Of a stretch of 64,000 bases of DNA, positions 51,201 through 62,590 are shown piece by piece; within the stretch, counting starts at the first letter, position 1, and every line of letters starts with the position of its first letter. This stretch comes from the human T2T-CHM13v2.0 reference genome, Homo sapiens: NCBI RefSeq assembly GCF_009914755.1, contig NC_060934.1, one strand, 5' to 3'. Under the pieces are notes generated by a model. That model was not told the origin of the DNA. It worked only from the letters and a program-made list of their open reading frames with translations, and made no database searches. Both the position numbers and the translations under genes were made by a program.

Positions 51201-54200
51201 TTCATATTAAAAGTACACAGAGTCATTCGTAGAAACTAGTTTGTGATGTGTGCCTTCAACTCACAGAGTTTAACCTTTCTTTTCATAGAGCAGTTGGGAA
51301 ACACTCTATTTGTAAAGTCTGCAAGTGGATATTTGGACCTCTTTGAGGCCTTCGTTGGAAACGGGATTTCTTCATACAACGCTAGACAGAAGAATTCTCA
51401 GTAACTTCTTTGTGTTGTGTGTATTCAACTCACAGAGTTGAACCTTTCTTTAGAGAGAGCAGAGTTGAAACACTCTGTTTTTGGAATTTGCAACTGCAGA
51501 TTTCAAGCGATTCTAGGCCTATGGCAGAAAAGGAAATATCTTCGTATAAAAACTACACAGAATCATTCTCAACAACTACTTTGTGATGTGTGCGTTCAAC
51601 TCACAGAGTTTAACCTTTCTTTTCATAGAGCAGTTTGGAAACACTCTGTTTGTAAAGCCTGCAAGTGCTTTTTTGGACTTCATTGAGGCCTTCGTTGGAA
51701 ACGGGATTTCTTCATATAATGCTAGACAGAAGAATTCTCAGTCACTTCTTTGTGTTGTGTGTATTCAAGTCACAGAGTTGAACCTTCCTTTAGACAGAGC
51801 AGTTTTGAAAAATTCTTTCTGTGTAATTTGCAAGTGGAGATTTCAAGCGATTTGAGGCTAATCTTTGAAATGGAAATATCTTCGTGTAAAAACTACACAG
51901 AATCATTCTCAGAAACTGCTTTGTCATCTGTGCGTTCAGTTCACAGAGTTTCACCTTTCTCTTCATAGAGCAGTTTGGAAAGACTCTGTCTGTAAAGTCT
52001 GCAAGTGATTAGTTAGACCCCTTTGAGGCCTTCGTTGGAAGCGGGATTTCTCATTTACTGCTAGACAGAAGAATTCTCAGTAAATCCTTTGTGTTGTGTG
52101 TATTCAACTCACAGAGTGGAACCTTCCTTTATTCAGAGCAGTTTTGAAACACTCTTTTTGTGGAATTTGCAAGTGGAGATTTCAAGCGATTTGACGCCAA
52201 TCTTAGACATGGAAATATCTTCATATTAAAAGTACACAGAGTCATTCGTAGAAACTAGTTTGTGATGTGTGCCTTCAACTCACAGAGTTTAACCTTTCTT
52301 TTCATAGAGCAGTTGGGAAACACTCTATTTGTAAAGTCTGCAAGTGGATATTTGGACCTCTTTGAGGCCTTCGTTGGAAACGGGATTTCTTCATATAACG
52401 CTAGACAGAAGAATTCTCAGTAACTTCTTTGTGTTGTGTGTATTCAACTCACAGAGTTGAACCTTTCTTTAGAGGGAGCAGAGGTGAAACACTCTTTTTG
52501 TGGAATTTGCTAGTGTAGATTTCAAACGCTTCGAAGACAGTGATAGAAAAGGATGTATCTTCGTATTAAAAGTAGACAAAATCATTCTCAGAAAACTCTT
52601 TGTGATGTGTGTGTTCAACTCACAGAGTTTAACCTTTCTTTAATCGAGCAGTTTGGAAATACACTCTTTGTAAGTCTGCAGGTGGATATTTGGCCCTCTT
52701 TGAGCCCTTCGTTGGAAACGGGATTTCCTCATATAATGCTAGACAGAAGAATTCTCAGTAACTTCTTTGTGTTGTTTGTATTCAACACACAGATTTGAAC
52801 CTTCCTTTAGAGAGAGCAGATTTGAAACACTCTGTTTTTGGAATTTGCAAGTGCAGATTTCAAGCGCTTCTAGGCCTATGGCAGAAAAGGAAATATCTTC
52901 GTATAAAAACTACACAGAATCATTCTCAACAACTACTTTGTGATGTGTGCGTTCAACTCACAGAGTTTAACCTTTCTTTTCATAGAGCAGTTTGGAAACA
53001 CTCTGTTTGTAAAGCCTGCAAGTGCTTTTTTGGACTTCATTGAGGCCTTCGTTGGAAACGGGATTTCTTCATATAATGCTAGACAGAAGAATTCTCAGTC
53101 CCTTCTTTGTGTTGTGTGTATTCAAGTCACAGAGTTGAACCTTCCTTTAGACAGAGCAGTTTTGAAAAATTCTTTCTGTGGAGTTTGCAAGTGGAGATTT
53201 CAAGCGATTTGAGGCTAATCTTTGAAATGGAAATATCTTCGTGTAAAAACTACACAGAATCATTCTCAGAAACTGCTTTGTCATCTGTGCGTTCAGTTCA
53301 CAGAGTTTCACCTTTCTCTTCATAGAGCAGTTTGGAAAGACTCTGTCTGTAAAGTCTGCAAGTGATTAGTTAGACCCCTTTGAGGCCTTCGTTGGAAGCG
53401 GGATTTCTCATTTACTGCTAGACAGAAGAATTCTCAGTAAATCCTTTGTGTTGTGTGTATTCAACTCACAGAGTGGAACCTTCCTTTATTCAGAGCAGTT
53501 TTGAAACACTCTTTTTGTGGAATTTGCAAGTGGAGATTTCAAGCGATTTGACGCCAATCTTAGACATGGAAATATCTTCATATTAAAAGTACACAGAGTC
53601 ATTCGTAGAAACTAGTTTGTGATGTGTGCCTTCAACTCACAGAGTTTAACCTTTCTTTTCATAGAGCAGTTGGGAAACACTCTATTTGTAAAGTCTGCAA
53701 GTGGATATTTGGACCTCTTTGAGGCCTTCGTTGGAAACGGGATTTCTTCATATAACGCTAGACAGAAGAATTCTCAGTAACTTCTTTGTGTTGTGTGTAT
53801 TCAACTCACAGAGTTGAACCTTTCTTTAGAGGGAGCAGAGGTGAAACACTCTTTTTGTGGAATTTGCTAGTGTAGATTTCAAACGCTTCGAAGACAGTGA
53901 TAGAAAAGGATGTATCTTCGTATTAAAAGTAGACAAAATCATTCTCAGAAAACTCTTTGTGATGTGTGTGTTCAACTCACAGAGTTTAACCTTTCTTTAA
54001 TCGAGCAGTTTGGAAATACACTCTTTGTAAGTCTGCAGGTGGATATTTGGCCCTCTTTGAGCCCTTCGTTGGAAACGAGATTTCCTCATATAATGCTAGA
54101 CAGAAGAATTCTCAGTAACTTCTTTGTGTTGTTTGTATTCAACACACAGATTTGAACCTTCCTTTAGAGAGAGCAGATTTGAAACACTCTGTTTTTGGAA

Positions 54201-57200
54201 TTTGCAAGTGCAGATTTCAAGCGCTTCTAGGCCTATGGCAGAAAAGGAAATATCTTCGTATAAAAACTACACAGAATCATTCTCAACAACTACTTTGTGA
54301 TGTGTGCGTTCAACTCACAGAGTTTAACCTTTCTTTTCATAGAGCAGTTTGGAAACACTCTGTTTGTAAAGCCTGCAAGTGCTTTTTTGGACTTCATTGA
54401 GGCCTTCGTTGGAAACGGGATTTCTTCATATAATGCTACACAGAAGAATTCTCAGTCACTTCTTTGTGTTGTGTGTATTCAAGTCACAGAGTTGAACCTT
54501 CCTTTAGACAGAGCAGTTTTGAAAAATTCTTTCTGTGGAGTTTGCAAGTGGAGATTTCAAGCGATTTGAGGCTAATCTTTGAAATGGAAATATCTTCGTG
54601 TAAAAACTACACAGAATCATTCTCAGAAACTGCTTTGTCATCTGTGCGTTCAGTTCACAGAGTTTCACCTTTCTCTTCATAGAGCAGTTTGGAAAGACTC
54701 TGTCTGTAAAGTCTGCAAGTGATTAGTTAGACCCCTTTGAGGCCTTCGTTGGAAGCGGGATTTCTCATTTACTGCTAGACAGAAGAATTCTCAGTAAATC
54801 CTTTGTGTTGTGTGTATTCAACTCACAGAGTGGAACCTTCCTTTATTCAGAGCAGTTTTGAAAAACACTTTTTGTGGAATTTGCAAGTGGAGATTTCAAG
54901 CGATTTGACGCCAATCTTAGACATGGAAATATCTTCATATTAAAAGTACACAGAGTCATTCGTAGAAACTAGTTTGTGATGTGTGCCTTCAACTCACAGA
55001 GTTTAACCTTTCTTTTCATAGAGCAGTTGGGAAACACTCTATTTGTAAAGTCTGCAAGTGGATATTTGGACCTCTTTGAGGCCTTCGTTGGAAACGGGAT
55101 TTCTTCATACAACGCTAGACAGAAGAATTCTCAGTAACTTCTTTGTGTTGTGTGTATTCAACTCACAGAGTTGAACCTTTCTTTAGAGAGAGCAGAGTTG
55201 AAACACTCTGTTTTTGGAATTTGCAACTGCAGATTTCAAGCGATTCTAGGCCTATGGCAGAAAAGGAAATATCTTCGTATAAAAACTACACAGAATCATT
55301 CTCAACAACTACTTTGTGATGTGTGCGTTCAACTCACAGAGTTTAACCTTTCTTTTCATAGAGCAGTTTGGAAACACTCTGTTTGTAAAGCCTGCAAGTG
55401 CTTTTTTGGACTTCATTGAGGCCTTCGTTGGAAACGGGATTTCTTCATATAATGCTAGACAGAAGAATTCTCAGTCACTTCTTTGTGTTGTGTGTATTCA
55501 AGTCACAGAGTTGAACCTTCCTTTAGACAGAGCAGTTTTGAAAAATTCTTTCTGTGTAATTTGCAAGTGGAGATTTCAAGCGATTTGAGGCTAATCTTTG
55601 AAATGGAAATATCTTCGTGTAAAAACTACACAGAATCATTCTCAGAAACTGCTTTGTCATCTGTGCGTTCAGTTCACAGAGTTTCACCTTTCTCTTCATA
55701 GAGCAGTTTGGAAAGACTCTGTCTGTAAAGTCTGCAAGTGATTAGTTAGACCCCTTTGAGGCCTTCGTTGGAAGCGGGATTTCTCATTTACTGCTAGACA
55801 GAAGAATTCTCAGTAAATCCTTTGTGTTGTGTGTATTCAACTCACAGAGTGGAACCTTCCTTTATTCAGAGCAGTTTTGAAACACTCTTTTTGTGGAATT
55901 TGCAAGTGGAGATTTCAAGCGATTTGACGCCAATCTTAGACATGGAAATATCTTCATATTAAAAGTACACAGAGTCATTCGTAGAAACTAGTTTGTGATG
56001 TGTGCCTTCAACTCACAGAGTTTAACCTTTCTTTTCATAGAGCAGTTGGGAAACACTCTATTTGTAAAGTCTGCAAGTGGATATTTGGACCTCTTTGAGG
56101 CCTTCGTTGGAAACGGGATTTCTTCATATAACGCTAGACAGAAGAATTCTCAGTAACTTCTTTGTGTTGTGTGTATTCAACTCACAGAGTTGAACCTTTC
56201 TTTAGAGGGAGCAGAGGTGAAACACTCTTTTTGTGGAATTTGCTAGTGTAGATTTCAAACGCTTCGAAGACAGTGATAGAAAAGGATGTATCTTCGTATT
56301 AAAAGTAGACAAAATCATTCTCAGAAAACTCTTTGTGATGTGTGTGTTCAACTCACAGAGTTTAACCTTTCTTTAATCGAGCAGTTTGGAAATACACTCT
56401 TTGTAAGTCTGCAGGTGGATATTTGGCCCTCTTTGAGCCCTTCGTTGGAAACGGGATTTCCTCATATAATGCTAGACAGAAGAATTCTCAGTAACTTCTT
56501 TGTGTTGTTTGTATTCAACACACAGATTTGAACCTTCCTTTAGAGAGAGCAGATTTGAAACACTCTGTTTTTGGAATTTGCAAGTGCAGATTTCAAGCGC
56601 TTCTAGGCCTATGGCAGAAAAGGAAATATCTTCGTATAAAAACTACACAGAATCATTCTCAACAACTACTTTGTGATGTGTGCGTTCAACTCACAGAGTT
56701 TAACCTTTCTTTTCATAGAGCAGTTTGGAAACACTCTGTTTGTAAAGCCTGCAAGTGCTTTTTTGGACTTCATTGAGGCCTTCGTTGGAAACGGGATTTC
56801 TTCATATAATGCTAGACAGAAGAATTCTCAGTCCCTTCTTTGTGTTGTGTGTATTCAAGTCACAGAGTTGAACCTTCCTTTAGACAGAGCAGTTTTGAAA
56901 AATTCTTTCTGTGGAGTTTGCAAGTGGAGATTTCAAGCGATTTGAGGCTAATCTTTGAAATGGAAATATCTTCGTGTAAAAACTACACAGAATCATTCTC
57001 AGAAACTGCTTTGTCATCTGTGCGTTCAGTTCACAGAGTTTCACCTTTCTCTTCATAGAGCAGTTTGGAAAGACTCTGTCTGTAAAGTCTGCAAGTGATT
57101 AGTTAGACCCCTTTGAGGCCTTCGTTGGAAGCGGGATTTCTCATTTACTGCTAGACAGAAGAATTCTCAGTAAATCCTTTGTGTTGTGTGTATTCAACTC

Positions 57201-60200
57201 ACAGAGTGGAACCTTCCTTTATTCAGAGCAGTTTTGAAAAACACTTTTTGTGGAATTTGCAAGTGGAGATTTCAAGCGATTTGACGCCAATCTTAGACAT
57301 GGAAATATCTTCATATTAAAAGTACACAGAGTCATTCGTAGAAACTAGTTTGTGATGTGTGCCTTCAACTCACAGAGTTTAACCTTTCTTTTCATAGAGC
57401 AGTTTGGAAACACTCTATTTGTAAAGTCTGCAAGTGGATATTTGGACCTCTTTGAGGCCTTCGTTGGAAACGGGATTTCTTCATACAACGCTAGACAGAA
57501 GAATTCTCAGTAACTTCTTTGTGTTGTGTGTATTCAACTCACAGAGTTGAACCTTTCTTTAGAGAGAGCAGAGTTGAAACACTCTGTTTTTGGAATTTGC
57601 AACTGCAGATTTCAAGCGATTCTAGGCCTATGGCAGAAAAGGAAATATCTTCGTATAAAAACTACACAGAATCATTCTCAACAACTACTTTGTGATGTGT
57701 GCGTTCAACTCACAGAGTTTAACCTTTCTTTTCATAGAGCAGTTTGGAAACACTCTGTTTGTAAAGCCTGCAAGTGCTTTTTTGGACTTCATTGAGGCCT
57801 TCGTTGGAAACGGGATTTCTTCATATAATGCTAGACAGAAGAATTCTCAGTCACTTCTTTGTGTTGTGTGTATTCAAGTCACAGAGTTGAACCTTCCTTT
57901 AGACAGAGCAGTTTTGAAAAATTCTTTCTGTGTAATTTGCAAGTGGAGATTTCAAGCGATTTGAGGCTAATCTTTGAAATGGAAATATCTTCGTGTAAAA
58001 ACTACACAGAATCATTCTCAGAAACTGCTTTGTCATCTGTGCGTTCAGTTCACAGAGTTTCACCTTTCTCTTCATAGAGCAGTTTGGAAAGACTCTGTCT
58101 GTAAAGTCTGCAAGTGATTAGTTAGACCCCTTTGAGGCCTTCGTTGGAAGCGGGATTTCTCATTTACTGCTAGACAGAAGAATTCTCAGTAAATCCTTTG
58201 TGTTGTGTGTATTCAACTCACAGAGTGGAACCTTCCTTTATTCAGAGCAGTTTTGAAACACTCTTTTTGTGGAATTTGCAAGTGGAGATTTCAAGCGATT
58301 TGACGCCAATCTTAGACATGGAAATATCTTCATATTAAAAGTACACAGTCATTCGTAGAAACTAGTTTGTGATGTGTGCCTTCAACTCACAGAGTTTAAC
58401 CTTTCTTTTCATAGAGCAGTTGGGAAACACTCTATTTGTAAAGTCTGCAAGTGGATATTTGGACCTCTTTGAGGCCTTCGTTGGAAACGGGATTTCTTCA
58501 TATAACGCTAGACAGAAGAATTCTCAGTAACTTCTTTGTGTTGTGTGTATTCAACTCACAGAGTTGAACCTTTCTTTAGAGGGAGCAGAGGTGAAACACT
58601 CTTTTTGTGGAATTTGCTAGTGCAGATTTCAAACGCTTCGAAGACAGTGATAGAAAAGGATATATCTTCGTATTAAAAGTAGACAAAATCATTCTCAGAA
58701 AACTCTTTGTGATGTGTGTGTTCAACTCACAGAGTTTAACCTTTCTTTAATCGAGCAGTTTGGAAATACACTCTTTGTAAGTCTGCAGGTGGATATTTGG
58801 CCCTCTTTGAGCCCTTCGTTGGAAAAGGGATTTCCTCATATAATGCTAGACAGAAGAATTCTCAGTAACTTCTTTGTGTTGTTTGTATTCAACACACAGA
58901 TTTGAACCTTCCTTTAGAGAGAGCAGATTTGAAACACTCTGTTTTTGGAATTTGCAAGTGCAGATTTCAAGCGCTTCTAGGCCTATGGCAGAAAAGGAAA
59001 TATCTTCGTATAAAAACTACACAGAATCATTCTCAACAGCTACTTTGTGATGTGTGCGTTCAACTCACAGAGTTTAACCTTTCTTTTCATAGAGCAGTTT
59101 GGAAACACTCTGTTTGTAAAGCCTGCAAGTGCTTTTTTGGACTTCATTGAGGCCTTCGTTGGAAACGGGATTTCTTCATATAATGCTAGACAGAAGAATT
59201 CTCAGTCACTTCTTTGTGTTGTGTGTATTCAAGTCACAGAGTTGAACCTTCCTTTAGACAGAGCAGTTTTGAAAAATTCTTTCTGTGGAGTTTGCAAGTG
59301 GAGATTTCAAGCGATTTGAGGCTAATCTTTGAAATGGAAATATCTTCGTGTAAAAACTACACAGAATCATTCTCAGAAACTGCTTTGTCATCTGTGCGTT
59401 CAGTCCACAGAGTTTCACCTTTCTCTTCATAGAGCAGTTTGGAAAGACTCTGTCTGTAAAGTCTGCAAGTGATTAGTTAGACCCCTTTGAGGCCTTCGTT
59501 GGAAGCGGGATTTCTCATTTACTGCTAGACAGAAGAATTCTCAGTAAATCCTTTGTGTTGTGTGTATTCAACTCACAGAGTGGAACCTTCCTTTATTCAG
59601 AGCAGTTTTGAAAAACACTTTTTGTGGAATTTGCAAGTGGAGATTTCAAGCGATTTGACGCCAATCTTAGACATGGAAATATCTTCATATTAAAAGTACA
59701 CAGAGTCATTCGTAGAAACTAGTTTGTGATGTGTGCCTTCAACTCACAGAGTTTAACCTTTCTTTTCATAGAGCAGTTTGTAAACACTCTATTTGTAAAG
59801 TCTGCAAGTGGATATTTGGACCTCTTTGAGGCCTTCGTTGGAAACGGGATTTCTTCATACAACGCTAGACAGAAGAATTCTCAGTAACTTCTTTGTGTTG
59901 TATGTATTCAACTCACAGAGTTGAACCTTTCTTTAGAGAGAGCAGAGTTGAAACACTCTGTTTTTGGAATTTGCAACTGCAGATTTCAAGCGATTCTAGG
60001 CCTATGGCAGAAAAGGAAATATCTTCGTATAAAAACTACACAGAATCATTCTCAACAACTACTTTGTGATGTGTGCGTTCAACTCACAGAGTTTAACCTT
60101 TCTTTTCATAGAGCAGTTTGGAAACACTCTGTTTGTAAAGCCTGCAAGTGCTTTTTTGGACTTCATTGAGGCCTTCGTTGGAAACGGGATTTCTTCATAT

Positions 60201-62590
60201 AATGCTAGACAGAAGAATTCTCAGTCACTTCTTTGTGTTGTGTGTATTCAAGTCACAGAGTTGAACCTTCCTTTAGACAGAGCAGTTTTGAAAAATTCTT
60301 TCTGTGTAATTTGCAAGTGGAGATTTCAAGCGATTTGAGGCTAATCTTTGAAATGGAAATATCTTCGTGTAAAAACTACACAGAATCATTCTCAGAAACT
60401 GCTTTGTCATCTGTGCGTTCAGTTCACAGAGTTTCACCTTTCTCTTCATAGAGCAGTTTGGAAAGACTCTGTCTGTAAAGTCTGCAAGTGATTAGTTAGA
60501 CCCCTTTGAGGCCTTCGTTGGAAGCGGGATTTCTCATTTACTGCTAGACAGAAGAATTCTCAGTAAATCCTTTGTGTTGTGTGTATTCAACTCACAGAGT
60601 GGAACCTTCCTTTATTCAGAGCAGTTTTGAAACACTCTTTTTGTGGAATTTGCAAGTGGAGATTTCAAGCGATTTGACGCCAATCTTAGACATGGAAATA
60701 TCTTCATATTAAAAGTACACAGAGTCATTCGTAGAAACTAGTTTGTGATGTGTGCCTTCAACTCACAGAGTTTAACCTTTCTTTTCATAGAGCAGTTGGG
60801 AAACACTCTATTTGTAAAGTCTGCAAGTGGATATTTGGACCTCTTTGAGGCCTTCGTTGGAAACGGGATTTCTTCATATAACGCTAGACAGAAGAATTCT
60901 CAGTAACTTCTTTGTGTTGTGTGTATTCAACTCACAGAGTTGAACCTTTCTTTAGAGGGAGCAGAGGTGAAACACTCTTTTTGTGGAATTTGCTAGTGCA
61001 GATTTCAAACGCTTCGAAGACAGTGATAGAAAAGGATATATCTTCGTATTAAAAGTAGACAAAATCATTCTCAGAAAACTCTTTGTGATGTGTGTGTTCA
61101 ACTCACAGAGTTTAACCTTTCTTTAATCGAGCAGTTTGGAAATACACTCTTTGTAAGTCTGCAGGTGGATATTTGGCCCTCTTTGAGCCCTTCGTTGGAA
61201 ACGGGATTTCCTCATATAATGCTAGACAGAAGAATTCTCAGTAACTTCTTTGTGTTGTTTGTATTCAACACACAGATTTGAACCTTCCTTTAGAGAGAGC
61301 AGATTTGAAACACTCTGTTTTTGGAATTTGCAAGTGCAGATTTCAAGCGCTTCTAGGCCTATGGCAGAAAAGGAAATATCTTCGTATAAAAACTACACAG
61401 AATCATTCTCAACAGCTACTTTGTGATGTGTGCGTTCAACTCACAGAGTTTAACCTTTCTTTTCATAGAGCAGTTTGGAAACACTCTGTTTGTAAAGCCT
61501 GCAAGTGCTTTTTTGGACTTCATTGAGGCCTTCGTTGGAAACGGGATTTCTTCATATAATGCTAGACAGAAGAATTCTCAGTCACTTCTTTGTGTTGTGT
61601 GTATTCAAGTCACAGAGTTGAACCTTCCTTTAGACAGAGCAGTTTTGAAAAATTCTTTCTGTGGAGTTTGCAAGTGGAGATTTCAAGCGATTTGAGGCTA
61701 ATCTTTGAAATGGAAATATCTTCGTGTAAAAACTACACAGAATCATTCTCAGAAACTGCTTTGTCATCTGTGCGTTCAGTCCACAGAGTTTCACCTTTCT
61801 CTTCATAGAGCAGTTTGGAAAGACTCTGTCTGTAAAGTCTGCAAGTGATTAGTTAGACCCCTTTGAGGCCTTCGTTGGAAGCGGGATTTCTCATTTACTG
61901 CTAGACAGAAGAATTCTCAGTAAATCCTTTGTGTTGTGTGTATTCAACTCACAGAGTGGAACCTTCCTTTATTCAGAGCAGTTTTGAAAAACACTTTTTG
62001 TGGAATTTGCAAGTGGAGATTTCAAGCGATTTGACGCCAATCTTAGACATGGAAATATCTTCATATTAAAAGTACACAGAGTCATTCGTAGAAACTAGTT
62101 TGTGATGTGTGCCTTCAACTCACAGAGTTTAACCTTTCTTTTCATAGAGCAGTTTGGAAACACTCTATTTGTAAAGTCTGCAAGTGGATATTTGGACCTC
62201 TTTGAGGCCTTCGTTGGAAACGGGATTTCTTCATACAACGCTAGACAGAAGAATTCTCAGTAACTTCTTTGTGTTGTATGTATTCAACTCACAGAGTTGA
62301 ACCTTTCTTTAGAGAGAGCAGAGTTGAAACACTCTGTTTTTGGAATTTGCAACTGCAGATTTCAAGCGATTCTAGGCCTATGGCAGAAAAGGAAATATCT
62401 TCGTATAAAAACTACACAGAATCATTCTCAACAACTACTTTGTGATGTGTGCGTTCAACTCACAGAGTTTAACCTTTCTTTTCATAGAGCAGTTTGGAAA
62501 CACTCTGTTTGTAAAGCCTGCAAGTGCTTTTTTGGACTTCATTGAGGCCTTCGTTGGAAACGGGATTTCTTCATATAATGCTAGACAGAA
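45283..62590 (+). repeat. 14-mer HOR run with one lone 8-mer
   Basis: D dimers start at 45283, 47659, 50035, 52411, 53768, 56144, 58518 and 60894. Gaps are 2376 x3, 1357, 2376, 2374, 2376. Confidence 0.92.
52411..53767 (+). repeat. Canonical-length 8-mer HOR unit (1357 bp, D A* B C)
   Basis: The only place where two full D dimers are 1357 bp apart (ORFs 52553 and 53910). Confidence 0.9.
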
